From positions 7,758 to 71,757 of the forward strand of contig CAZHST010000013.1 of assembly GCA_964535215.1 (NCBI GenBank): a stretch of DNA of 64,000 bases. Reading direction: 5' to 3'. Below are positions 33,827 to 43,284 of this stretch, piece by piece. Source of the DNA: an uncultured bacterium. Lineage in GTDB: Bacteria; Methylomirabilota; Methylomirabilia; Methylomirabilales; JACQHM01. The notes under the pieces were generated by a model. That model was given only the letters and a program-made list of their open reading frames with translations, did not search any database and was not told the DNA's origin. The translations under genes were made by a program, and so were the position numbers. Each line of letters starts with the position of its first letter. The stretch's first letter is position 1.

Positions 33827-36475
33827 ATGCGACGACTCTTAAGTGACGAACTTCGACGCACCTTCCTCCAGTTCTTTGCGAGACGGGGGCATACCATCGT
33901 CAGGAGTTCATCCCTGGTCCCTCAGGGGGATCCGACCCTCCTCTTTACCAATGCGGGGATGGTCCAGTTCAAGAACGTTTTCCTTGGCCTTGAGAAACGT
34001 CCGTACACGCGGGCCACCACCTGCCAGAAGTGTGTGAGAGCAGGAGGGAAGCATAACGACCTGGAGAATGTGGGCCGGACGGCCCGGCATCACACCTTCT
34101 TCGAGATGCTTGGGAACTTCTCCTTTGGCGATTACTTCAAAGCAGGGGCCATTGAATACGCCTGGGAGTTTCTCACGGGTGAGCTGGGGCTTCCCCCCGG
34201 GAAGCTCTGGATTACCATCTACAAGGATGACGATGAGAGCTTCCACCTTTGGCAGCGGATCGCCGGAATTCCCGAGGATAGGATCGTTCGACTGGGCGAG
34301 AAGGATAACTTCTGGGCCATGGGGGAAACCGGGCCCTGTGGCCCCTGTTCGGAGATCGTCATCGACCAAGGGCCAAGCGTTGGGTGCGGGAGGCCCACCT
34401 GCGACATCACATGTGACTGCGACCGGTTCCTGGAGCTTTGGAACCTGGTCTTCATGCAGTTCCAACGGGAGGAGGATGGGAAGCTGATCCCCCTTCCAAA
34501 ACCCAGCATTGATACCGGGGCAGGGCTGGAACGGCTGTCGGCTGTTCTCCAGGGGGTTTCTTCGAATTTCGACACGGATCTTTTAAGACCCCTGATTGCC
34601 ACCATTGAAATGCTTTCGGGGAAGCGGTATGGTCAGGATGAGAAAACTGATATAGCTATGAGGGTTATTGCTGATCATGCCCGGGCTGTGACGTTCCTGG
34701 TGAGCGATGGGGTCCTTCCTTCCAACGAAGGGCGGGGTTATGTCCTCCGAAGGATCTTAAGACGGGCCCTTCGGCATGGGCGGTTGATCGGGTTGGAGGG
34801 ACCGTTCCTGGCCCAGGTGACGGAACAGGTGGTCACCCTCATGAAGGAGGCTTACCCTGAGCTTGAGGAGACAAAAGACCGGATCGCGAAGGTGACCCGG
34901 TACGAAGAGGAGCGCTTCGAGCACACGTTGAATGGGGCCCTCCCCAGGTTCCTTGACCACCTAGCCGCCCTGAAGGACAGGAAGGGTGCGATCCTCTCGG
35001 GTGGGGATGCCTTCCGGTTCTATGATACCTATGGGCTTCCCCTGGACCTCCAGCAGGAGATCGCGAGCGAACAGGGGATCGAGGTAGACGAGGTCGGGTT
35101 CTCCCAGGAGCTTACGGCGCAACGGGAGCGGGCCAGGACCTACTGGAAGACCCTGGGGGTCCAAGCTGCACCAGGCCTCTACAAGGATCTGGCCGGGCAA
35201 TGGAAGGTTGAGTTTGTCGGCTATCATCAGCTTGAAGTCGAAGCGAAGGTTCTTGCCTTGGTGAAAGAGGGGGTCCCCAAGGCCTTCGCCGGACCTGGGG
35301 AAGAGGTGGAGGTCATCCTAAATCGGACCCCCTTCTACGCCGAGGGAGGCGGGCAGGTGGCGGATACGGGAACCCTCGTAGGGGATGAGGTCCTCGTGGA
35401 AGTCTTCCACGTAACCTCCCCATTCCCCCCTTTGATCGTCCATCATGCCTTGGTCAAAAAGGGTAGCCTGACCCCAGGGCAGGTCCTCCTCGCCCGGGTG
35501 GCGCGCGAGAAGCGGAGGTTCACGGCTTGGAACCATACGGCCACCCATCTGCTCCATGCCGCCCTTCGGCAGGTCTTGGGGGATCACGTCAAGCAGGCGG
35601 GCTCCCTTGTCGCCCCCGATCGTCTCCGTTTTGATTTCACCCACTTTGGCCCTGTGAGGGACCGGGAGCTGGAGTGGGTCGAGGAGCTGGTCAACGAGAA
35701 GATCAACGAGAACCTTCCGGTCCGGGTGAAGGAAACAGCTCTGGAGGAGGCTTTAGCCACAGGGGCCCTCGCGTTTTTCGGCGACAAATATGGGGACTGG
35801 GTCCGGGTGGTCGAGATCGCCGATTTCAGCCGCGAGCTCTGCGGCGGCACCCATGTCAGCGCCACAGGGGAGATCGGGCTCTTCAAGGTGGTGGATGAGG
35901 GGGGGATCGCTGCTGGTATCCGCCGGGTCGAGGCCCTAACAGGGATGGGCCTCTACGACCACCTCAAGCGGCAGGAGCAGACGAGGCGCCGGCTGGAGGC
36001 GTTGCTTAAGGGAAGGGCAGAGGAGATTCCGGAGAAGCTGGAGCGGCTCCTGGCCCTCCTAAAGGAGAAGGAGCAGGAGATCGAACGGCTCAAAGGCCTT
36101 CTGGCCTCGCGGATGACCGAGGAGCTGCTCCAAAAGGCCAGGACGGTGCGGGGGATTAAGGTGGCCATCGGGCGGGTGGACCTCTTCGACCATCGAGGGC
36201 TTCGGGAGCTGGCCGACCGCCTCCGCACCCGCTTGGGAAGTGGGGTGATTGTCCTGGGCTCCACCATAAACGGGAAGGTCGCCTGGGTAGTCGCCGTGAC
36301 GCCAGATTTGACCTCGAAGGTCCATGCAGGGACCTTTGTTCGAGAGGTGGCCAAGCTCACCGGTGGAGGTGGGGGGGGGAAGGCCGATCTCGCTGAGGCG
36401 GGTGGGAAAGAGCCTGAAAAGCTCGACGAGGCCTTAGCCAAGGTCCCAAAGCTCTTAGAGCAGCTGTTAGGGTAA
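33827..36475 (+). CDS. alaS: Alanine--tRNA ligase
   Basis: TLLFTNAGMVQFK, RHHTFFEMLGNFSFGDYFK, IDTGAGLER, NHTATHLL, ELCGGTH and GGGGGG..A.AGG. Confidence 0.98.
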   Translation: MRRLLSDELRRTFLQFFARRGHTIVRSSSLVPQGDPTLLFTNAGMVQFKNVFLGLEKRPYTRATTCQKCVRAGGKHNDLENVGRTARHHTFFEMLGNFSFGDYFKAGAIEYAWEFLTGELGLPPGKLWITIYKDDDESFHLWQRIAGIPEDRIVRLGEKDNFWAMGETGPCGPCSEIVIDQGPSVGCGRPTCDITCDCDRFLELWNLVFMQFQREEDGKLIPLPKPSIDTGAGLERLSAVLQGVSSNFDTDLLRPLIATIEMLSGKRYGQDEKTDIAMRVIADHARAVTFLVSDGVLPSNEGRGYVLRRILRRALRHGRLIGLEGPFLAQVTEQVVTLMKEAYPELEETKDRIAKVTRYEEERFEHTLNGALPRFLDHLAALKDRKGAILSGGDAFRFYDTYGLPLDLQQEIASEQGIEVDEVGFSQELTAQRERARTYWKTLGVQAAPGLYKDLAGQWKVEFVGYHQLEVEAKVLALVKEGVPKAFAGPGEEVEVILNRTPFYAEGGGQVADTGTLVGDEVLVEVFHVTSPFPPLIVHHALVKKGSLTPGQVLLARVAREKRRFTAWNHTATHLLHAALRQVLGDHVKQAGSLVAPDRLRFDFTHFGPVRDRELEWVEELVNEKINENLPVRVKETALEEALATGALAFFGDKYGDWVRVVEIADFSRELCGGTHVSATGEIGLFKVVDEGGIAAGIRRVEALTGMGLYDHLKRQEQTRRRLEALLKGRAEEIPEKLERLLALLKEKEQEIERLKGLLASRMTEELLQKARTVRGIKVAIGRVDLFDHRGLRELADRLRTRLGSGVIVLGSTINGKVAWVVAVTPDLTSKVHAGTFVREVAKLTGGGGGGKADLAEAGGKEPEKLDEALAKVPKLLEQLLG

Positions 36476-36497
36476 ACTGACCGCTTCGGGGGGGGGT

Positions 36498-37169
36498 GTG
36501 GGGGGAATCGCCATTGCCCGGGAGGCAATCCCTTTCGTTTTCCCCTTGGTGGCCCTAGGCCTGCTTTTCCTTGTCTTACGGATGCCGGTCGGGGTTGTCC
36601 TGTCCCTTCTCCTCCTCGGGTTTGTCCTGTTTTTCTTCAGGGATCCCGAGCGGAAGATCCCGAAGGGGAAAGGGCTGGTCATCGCCCCCGCCGATGGCCG
36701 GGTCATCGTCGTTGAACCGTATAAAGGGACGGAGATCCAAGGGAAGGGGCTCCAGCAGATCAGCATCTTCCTCTCCCTCTTGGATGTCCACATCAACAGG
36801 GCTCCTGTGAGCGGCCTGGTTGAGGCGATCCACTACAGCCCCGGTCGCTTTAAGCGGGCCTATGTCCCGGAGGCCTCCTGGGAGAACGAGCAAAACTTGA
36901 TCCGTATTGCCTCACCGGGTGGGACCGTATGGATGAAACAAATCGCCGGCTATCTGGCGAGGCGGATCGTCTGTCGGGTCAAACCCGGCCAACGGGTCGA
37001 GGCTGGAGAGCGCATAGGCTTGATCCGCTTTGGCTCCCGGGTGGACCTCCTCCTCCCCCGGCAAGCCATGGTCCAGGTCAAGGTGGGGGATCGGGTGAAA
37101 GCTGGGATCACAATTATCGCCCTCTTGCCCGGGAAGGGGGACGGGAGGGAAACGGTGGAGTCATCGTGA
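36498..37169 (+). CDS. psd: Phosphatidylserine decarboxylase proenzyme (short type)
   Basis: FFRDPER, APADG, SIFLS..DVHINRAP, QIAG..ARRI and the cleavage motif RFGSRVD. Confidence 0.93.
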   Translation: MGGIAIAREAIPFVFPLVALGLLFLVLRMPVGVVLSLLLLGFVLFFFRDPERKIPKGKGLVIAPADGRVIVVEPYKGTEIQGKGLQQISIFLSLLDVHINRAPVSGLVEAIHYSPGRFKRAYVPEASWENEQNLIRIASPGGTVWMKQIAGYLARRIVCRVKPGQRVEAGERIGLIRFGSRVDLLLPRQAMVQVKVGDRVKAGITIIALLPGKGDGRETVESS

Positions 37170-37972
37170 AGGAGGCCTTTCAAAAGGAACAGGTCAAAAA
37201 GCGGATGAAGGGGGGGGTCTTTCTCCTCCCCAGTCTTTTTACCGTCGCAAATCTTTTGAGCGGTGTCTACGCCATCGTCGCTGTCTACAATGACGAGTAT
37301 CTGAAGGCTGCCATCGCCATCCTGGTCGCCTTCATGCTGGACGGATTTGACGGGGCTATCGCCCGCTTGACCAACAGCCAGAGCGAGTTTGGCATCCAAC
37401 TCGATTCCCTGGCCGACCTGGTTTCCTTCGGCGTCGCCCCGGCGATCCTGGCCTATGTGTGGGCCATCAAACCCTACGGCCAGGTCGCCTGGTTTTTTGA
37501 GGCCATCGTTCCAATGGCCCTCTTCGTGAGCTGCGCAGCCTTCCGGCTGGCCAGGTTTAACATCCAGACGACCAAGCTGGACAAGCGCTACTTCATCGGC
37601 CTCCCAAGCCCTGCAGCGGCCATGACCATTGCCTCTTTTGTCCTTCTCATCTTAGGGTCGCCTGCCGGGGATCGTTTCTCCCGGCAGGCGACCTCGGTCA
37701 TTGTCATCATGATGGTCTACACCCTTTCCTTTCTCATGGTAAGCCGGCTCCGGTACCGGAGCCTGAAAGGGATCGAGATCAGGAGGAGACAACCTTTTGC
37801 CCTCCTCCTGGGCTTGACCTTGTTTCTGTTGCTTATCGCCTCACAGCCTAGCGTTGTCCTCTTCGCTGGCTCGCTGGTCTATGCGGCCTCGGGCCCCTTC
37901 CGTCTCCTCTTCAGAAGGAAAGGGGTCCTGGAGGTCCCCCGGGAGCCCGTGGCAGGGGAACGGCAGGCCTGA
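37166..37972 (+). CDS. pssA: CDP-diacylglycerol--serine O-phosphatidyltransferase
   Basis: LPSLFT.AN, DGFDG.IAR......FG.QLDSLADLVSFGVAP, RLARFN and FIGLPSPAAA; GTG 37166 overlaps the psd stop. Confidence 0.93.
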   Translation: MKEAFQKEQVKKRMKGGVFLLPSLFTVANLLSGVYAIVAVYNDEYLKAAIAILVAFMLDGFDGAIARLTNSQSEFGIQLDSLADLVSFGVAPAILAYVWAIKPYGQVAWFFEAIVPMALFVSCAAFRLARFNIQTTKLDKRYFIGLPSPAAAMTIASFVLLILGSPAGDRFSRQATSVIVIMMVYTLSFLMVSRLRYRSLKGIEIRRRQPFALLLGLTLFLLLIASQPSVVLFAGSLVYAASGPFRLLFRRKGVLEVPREPVAGERQA

Positions 37973-38037
37973 GGGGATGGATTCTTCACAACTGATCATG
38001 ATCCCTGCCGGGAGGCAGCGATTGACAGGAGGAAACC

Positions 38038-39579
38038 ATGGCAAGGAGAATCTTCATCTTTGATACTACCCTCCGGGATGGGGAGCAGTCGCCGGGTTAC
38101 AGCATGAACACCCGGGAGAAGCTGGAGATGGCCAGGCAGCTCGCCCGCCTGAACGTGGATGTCATTGAAGCTGGCTTTCCCATCGCCTCGGAGGATGATT
38201 TTGAGGCGGTCAAGCTGATCGCTGAAACTATCAAAGGGGGTCCCATCATCGCGGGCTTGGCCCGGGCCAAGGATATTGACATTGACCGGGCCTGGGAAGC
38301 CTTGAGGTACGCCGATCGGGCCAGGATCCACACCTTCATCGCCACGTCGGATATCCACATCCAGTACAAGCTGAAAAGCACCCGGGAGGAGGTCCTGGAA
38401 GCTGCCATCCGGGCGGTCAGGCGGGCCAGAGGGTACTGCGATGACGTGGAGTTCTCGGCCGAGGATGCCTGCCGTTCTGACCAGGACTACCTCTGCAAGG
38501 TGGTGGAGGAGGCTGTCAAGGCTGGGGCCACGACCATCAACATCCCGGACACCGTTGGCTACATCACCCCCTGGGAGTTCGCCGGGAGGATCCGGGATCT
38601 CATGAATCGGGTTCCAAACATCGATAAGGTTGTCGTGAGCGCCCACTGCCATAACGACCTGGGGTTGGCCGTCGCGAACTCCCTTGCGGCCATTCGAGAA
38701 GGGGCTGGCCAGGTGGAGTGCACCATCAACGGGATCGGGGAACGGGCGGGCAACGCCTCCCTGGAGGAGATCGTCATGGCCTTGAAGACCCGCCGCGATC
38801 TCTTTGAGTGTGAGACGGGGATCAGGACCGAGGAGATCTACCGGACCTCGAAGCTCCTGCAGACCATTACAGGGATCTCCGTCCAGCCCAACAAGGCCAT
38901 TGTGGGGGCCAACGCCTTCGCCCACGAGGCGGGGATCCACCAGCATGGCGTCCTCTCCCACAAACTGACCTACGAGATCATGACCCCCGAGTCCGTCGGG
39001 GTGCCGCAGAGCCGGTTGGTCCTGGGCAAGCACTCGGGACGCCACGCCTTCAAGAAGCGCCTGGAGGAGCTGGGGATCGAGCTTACCGATGATGATCTGA
39101 ACAAGGCCTTTGTCCGCTTCAAGGCCCTGGCCGATAAAAAGAAGGAGGTCTTCGATGAGGATCTTCTCGCCATCATCGAAGAGGAGGTCCTGACAGCCGG
39201 CGAGACCTACGTCCTGGAGCACCTCCAGTTTTTGAGCGGCACCGGCATGATCCCCACGGCCACGGTCAGACTCCGAAAACACGATGAGATCCTCCAGGAG
39301 TCGGGATGGGGGGATGGCCCGGTGGATGCCGCCTACAAGGCCATTGATTTGATGACCAAGATGCCAGGGCGACTCAAGGATTACGGCATCCGTTCGGTGA
39401 CAGCCGGCAAAGATGCCCTGGGCGAGGTGGTGGTCTCCGTCGAGTTCGACGGCCAGACGGTTGTGGGCCGGGGGACCTCCACGGATGTTATTGAGGCGAG
39501 CGTCAAGGCTTATCTGAACGCCATCAACAAGGCAGTGGTCAGGCGCTCGAAGCCAAGGATTACCACCGAGCGCGTGTAA
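38038..39579 (+). CDS. leuA: 2-isopropylmalate synthase
   Basis: [39 protein letters not shown] and LGKHSGR; C-terminal regulatory domain. Confidence 0.96.
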   Translation: MARRIFIFDTTLRDGEQSPGYSMNTREKLEMARQLARLNVDVIEAGFPIASEDDFEAVKLIAETIKGGPIIAGLARAKDIDIDRAWEALRYADRARIHTFIATSDIHIQYKLKSTREEVLEAAIRAVRRARGYCDDVEFSAEDACRSDQDYLCKVVEEAVKAGATTINIPDTVGYITPWEFAGRIRDLMNRVPNIDKVVVSAHCHNDLGLAVANSLAAIREGAGQVECTINGIGERAGNASLEEIVMALKTRRDLFECETGIRTEEIYRTSKLLQTITGISVQPNKAIVGANAFAHEAGIHQHGVLSHKLTYEIMTPESVGVPQSRLVLGKHSGRHAFKKRLEELGIELTDDDLNKAFVRFKALADKKKEVFDEDLLAIIEEEVLTAGETYVLEHLQFLSGTGMIPTATVRLRKHDEILQESGWGDGPVDAAYKAIDLMTKMPGRLKDYGIRSVTAGKDALGEVVVSVEFDGQTVVGRGTSTDVIEASVKAYLNAINKAVVRRSKPRITTERV

Positions 39580-39581
39580 CG

Positions 39582-39724
39582 GCCGGTGCGAGAGACACGG
39601 GCGGGGGTCTAAGACCTCCGCCCGGATTCTCATACCGAAGCGCTTTCATCCCGGGGTGCGGGGAGGCTTCTGACCGGATCGAGAGGGGTACTCCCGCGAA
39701 GGAGAGGGAACCGTCGCAACCGGC
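39582..39724 (+). ncRNA. Candidate structured RNA or leader of unknown family between leuA and asd
   Basis: 5' gccggtgcga pairs with 3' tcgc(a)accggc; internal 12-bp hairpin cgggcgggggtc/gacctccgcccg with G-U support on the plus strand; no confident family match. Confidence 0.3.
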
Positions 39725-39741
39725 ACAAGAGAAGGCGTAAG

Positions 39742-40764
39742 ATGGGAAAGACATACCGTGTAGCCGTGGTAGGAGCAACGGGAGCCGTGGGGCAAACGAT
39801 GCTCCAGATTTTGGAGGAGCGGAACTTCCCGGTCAGCGGGATCAGACTCTTGGCATCCGAGCGCTCCGAGGGCAAGGTCGTGAAGTTCCAAGGGGAGGAG
39901 GTCAAGGTGGAGCGGCTTACCGAGACCTCTTTCCGGGGGATCGATATTGCCCTCTTCTCGGCAGGGGCTTCCCGGAGCAAGGAGTTTGTCCCCATCGCTG
40001 TACAGACGGGGGCGGTGGTCATCGATAACAGTTCGGCCTTCCGGATGGACCCAGATGTACCACTGGTCGTTCCCGAGATCAACCCCCATGCCATCAGTTT
40101 GGTCGAGAAACGGGGGATCGTGGCGAATCCCAACTGCACGACGACGGTCCTGGTCATGGCCTTAAAGCCCCTCCACACCTATGGCGGTGTGACCCGGGTC
40201 GTGGCGACCAGCTTCCAAGCTGTCTCCGGGGCCGGGGCCCGGGCCGTCGAGGAGCTCCGGATCCAGACCCTGGCCTGGACAAAGGGGGAGACCCTGACGC
40301 CTCGGGTCTTTCCCCACCCGATTGCCTTCAACGTGATCCCCCATATTGACCTCTTCCACGAGAATGGCTATACGAAGGAGGAGCTGAAACTCGTGTACGA
40401 GACGAGGAAGATCTTGGAGGACGAGGAGATCAGGGTTTCACCGACGACGGTCAGGGTCCCGGTTTTCACCGCCCATTCGATCTCCGTCAGTGTGGAGACC
40501 AAACGACCGATCACCCGTGGGGAGGCCCTGGAACTTTTCGGAAAGATGCCGGGTCTCCAAGTCCTGGACGATCCGGGACGGAACCTCTACCCTATGCCCC
40601 TCCTGGCCGCCGGCCGGGACGACTGCTATGTCGGCCGGATCCGGCAGGATCTCTTCCAGGACAACGTCTTGAACTTCTGGATCGTAGGGGACCAGCTTCG
40701 AAAGGGAGCAGCGCTCAATGCCGTCCAGATCGCCGAGCTCCTTCTGGACCGGCACCTGTTATAG
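39742..40764 (+). CDS. asd: Aspartate-semialdehyde dehydrogenase
   Basis: VVGATGAVG, IDNSSAFRM, ANPNCTT, QAVSGAG, VRVPVF..HS and DQLRKGAALN. Confidence 0.96.
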   Translation: MGKTYRVAVVGATGAVGQTMLQILEERNFPVSGIRLLASERSEGKVVKFQGEEVKVERLTETSFRGIDIALFSAGASRSKEFVPIAVQTGAVVIDNSSAFRMDPDVPLVVPEINPHAISLVEKRGIVANPNCTTTVLVMALKPLHTYGGVTRVVATSFQAVSGAGARAVEELRIQTLAWTKGETLTPRVFPHPIAFNVIPHIDLFHENGYTKEELKLVYETRKILEDEEIRVSPTTVRVPVFTAHSISVSVETKRPITRGEALELFGKMPGLQVLDDPGRNLYPMPLLAAGRDDCYVGRIRQDLFQDNVLNFWIVGDQLRKGAALNAVQIAELLLDRHLL

Positions 40765-40820
40765 AGGAAGCAGGAGTCCGATCCGGGGGTCTTCTCTCTG
40801 CCTCTCATGGATGAGGAACG

Positions 40821-42503
40821 ATGGAAAAGCCATGGTTTGCCTCGTATGACCCTGGAGTTCCCCGATCCCTCACCTATCCTGAGGTACCCCTCGTCTCCTT
40901 TCTCACCCGGGCGGCTGAAAGGTTTCCGACAAAGCCTGCCCTGATCTACTATGGTCGTTCCATCTCTTACCAGGAGCTGAACACCCTGACCAACCGGTTC
41001 GCCAATGCCTTGCTGGTTGATGGGGTGAAAAAAGAGGACAGGATTGCCCTGATGCTCCCCAACATCCCCCAAGCGGTCATTGGCTACTATGGGACCCTCA
41101 AGGCAGGGGCGATTGCTGTTGAGGTCAATCCCCTGTCCGCCGGGCGGGAGCTTGAGCAGCAGCTCTCCGATGCCGGGGCGGAGACCCTCATCATCCTGGA
41201 CCGCTTCTTCCCCAAGGTTCAAAACCTTCGCACCACCACTCCCTTGAAGCGGATCATCGTCACGGGGGCCCAAGATTTCTTGCCCTTTCTCCTCCGTCTC
41301 CTCTACCCTCTGAAGGCGGGAAAGGAGGGAAGGGTGCAGGTCCCGACTGCTCCCCCTTTCTATCGGTTCCTGCCTTTCCTCAAGCAAGGGGATGCCTCCT
41401 CGCCTCCTGTCCCGCTCCGCCCCGAGGATGTGGCCATGCTCCAGTACACGGGGGGAACGACCGGAATTCCGAAAGGGGTGATGCTCACCCACCGGAATCT
41501 GGTCGCCAATGCCCTTCAGGCTCGGCACTGGTTCCCGGATCTGAAGGAGGGGGAAGAGATCATGCTGGCTGCCCTTCCTTTCTTCCATGTCTACGGCATG
41601 ACCGTTTGCATGAACCTGGGGATCCTGTTGGCCTCCACCCTCGTCCTTGTACCCCAGCCCCGTCTGACAGAGGAGGTGCTCAAAGCTGCCCATAAGCACC
41701 GGGTGACTCTCTTCCCGGGTGTCCCGGCCATGTACGCCGCGATCAACAATCACCCTGATGTCGGCAAGTATGATCTGAAGTCCGTCAAGGTCTGCGTCAG
41801 TGGGGCAGGACCCCTCCACCCCCGGATCCAGGAGCAGTTCGAAGCCCTGACCGGGGGAAGGCTGGTGGAGGGTTACGGGCTTTCCGAGGCTTCCCCCGTC
41901 ACCCACTGCAACCCGGCCTTGGGGAAGCGGAAGGTGGGATCCATCGGCCTCCCGTTGCCGGATACGGATGCCCGGATCGTGGACATGGAGACCGGGGAGA
42001 AGGAGTTGCCTGTTGGCGAAGCCGGGGAGCTGATCATCAGGGGGCCCCAGGTCATGAAAGGGTATTGGAAGAACCCAGAGGAGGAGGCCAAAACCCTCCG
42101 GAATGGCTGGCTCTACACCGGGGATATAGCCAGGATGGACGAGGAGGGGTTCTTCTACATCGTGGACCGGAAGAAGGAGATGATCAAAACCTTCGGTGAA
42201 AATGTCTACCCCCGTGAGGTGGAGGATGTGCTCTTCCGCCATCCCAAGATCAAAGAGGCCGCCGTTGTCGGCATCCCTTACCGGCATGCCGGGGAGGTCA
42301 TTAAGGCCTATGTTGTCCTGAAGGAAGGGGAGACGGCCACTGAAGAGGAGATCATCGCCTTCTGCGAGGGGGAACTGGCCAAGTTCAAGGTTCCGAGGAA
42401 AGTCGAGTTTCGCCAGGAGCTTCCAAAGACGTTGGTCGGCAAGGTCCTTCGGCGGGTTCTGAGGGAGGAGGAGCTTAAACGGAGGGAGACCCTTGGGGCA
42501 TGA
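40821..42503 (+). CDS. Long-chain fatty acid--CoA ligase (adenylate-forming)
   Basis: YTGGTTG.PKG, EGYGLSEASP, TGDIA.MD..G.FYIVDRKK and PKT.VGK. Confidence 0.92.
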   Translation: MEKPWFASYDPGVPRSLTYPEVPLVSFLTRAAERFPTKPALIYYGRSISYQELNTLTNRFANALLVDGVKKEDRIALMLPNIPQAVIGYYGTLKAGAIAVEVNPLSAGRELEQQLSDAGAETLIILDRFFPKVQNLRTTTPLKRIIVTGAQDFLPFLLRLLYPLKAGKEGRVQVPTAPPFYRFLPFLKQGDASSPPVPLRPEDVAMLQYTGGTTGIPKGVMLTHRNLVANALQARHWFPDLKEGEEIMLAALPFFHVYGMTVCMNLGILLASTLVLVPQPRLTEEVLKAAHKHRVTLFPGVPAMYAAINNHPDVGKYDLKSVKVCVSGAGPLHPRIQEQFEALTGGRLVEGYGLSEASPVTHCNPALGKRKVGSIGLPLPDTDARIVDMETGEKELPVGEAGELIIRGPQVMKGYWKNPEEEAKTLRNGWLYTGDIARMDEEGFFYIVDRKKEMIKTFGENVYPREVEDVLFRHPKIKEAAVVGIPYRHAGEVIKAYVVLKEGETATEEEIIAFCEGELAKFKVPRKVEFRQELPKTLVGKVLRRVLREEELKRRETLGA

Positions 42504-42509
42504 AGGCCC

Positions 42510-43244
42510 ATGCGGAATTTGAAGCTCACCTTGGAGTATGACGGGACCAGCTACCATGGATGGCAGAAACAACCTGGCCTTCCGACAATCCAGGGTGTCT
42601 TGGAGGATCGGGTGAGCCGGTTGGCCGGGGAGGCGGTGAGGATTAAAGGGGCCGGGCGGACCGATGCCGGCGTTCATGCCCTAGGACAGGTGGCGAATTT
42701 CATAAGCCGCATCACCCTACCCAACGAGGTCGTCCAGAGGGCCCTGAATGCCCTTCTCCCAGAGGACATCGCTGTCACGAAGGTTGAAGAAGTCCCGCTG
42801 GGCTTTGATGCCCAGCGGGATGCGAAGGCCAGGACCTATCGCTACACGTTGCTCACCCGTCCTTACCCATCGCCTCTGGCCCGGCTTCAGAGCCTCTTCA
42901 TCCCCTTCCCCCTAAACGTGGACGCAATGGCGGAGGCCGCGAGCTTCCTGGTCGGTGAACATGACTTTTCCTCCTTCCGGGCGACCGGCGGGACCCCCAC
43001 CTCCCCAGTCCGCCATGTCCTGGAAGCCCGATTCGTCCAGGAGGGGAACTACCTCTATTTTTTCATGACCGCCGATGCCTTCCTGAAACACATGGTCCGG
43101 ATTGTCGTCGGGACCCTCTTGGAGGTAGGGAGGGAAAGGCTGACCCCTGAAGGGTTTCGGCAGATCCTTGAGGCGAAGGACCGGCGCCGGGCCGCGAGGA
43201 CGATCCCTCCCCACGGCCTCTGTCTTCTGGAAGTTACCTATTGA
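42510..43244 (+). CDS. truA: tRNA pseudouridine(38-40) synthase
   Basis: EYDGT.YHGWQ.Q, AGRTDAGVHA.GQ, HDFSSF, FL.HMVR.VG and P.HGL.L. Confidence 0.96.
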   Translation: MRNLKLTLEYDGTSYHGWQKQPGLPTIQGVLEDRVSRLAGEAVRIKGAGRTDAGVHALGQVANFISRITLPNEVVQRALNALLPEDIAVTKVEEVPLGFDAQRDAKARTYRYTLLTRPYPSPLARLQSLFIPFPLNVDAMAEAASFLVGEHDFSSFRATGGTPTSPVRHVLEARFVQEGNYLYFFMTADAFLKHMVRIVVGTLLEVGRERLTPEGFRQILEAKDRRRAARTIPPHGLCLLEVTY

Positions 43245-43284
43245 ACTTTAGGGTTGACACGGGGAAGCCAACCTACGGAGGAGG

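Noticed and set aside
36929-37165. N-terminal extension of the pssA ORF in the supplied track
   Set aside because: Overlaps psd; the GTG at 37166 coupled to the psd stop is the more plausible start.
37996-39633. 545-aa minus-strand ORF
   Set aside because: Antisense shadow of leuA.
39648-39704. TPP riboswitch or T-box resemblance (cggggtgc, accggatc, gcgaagga)
   Set aside because: The CUGAGA and P2' segments and the GGTGGTACCGCG T-box core are absent; kept only as an unassigned structured element.
40626-42677. 683-aa minus-strand ORF
   Set aside because: Antisense shadow of the acyl-CoA ligase; no motifs; expected in GC-rich DNA.
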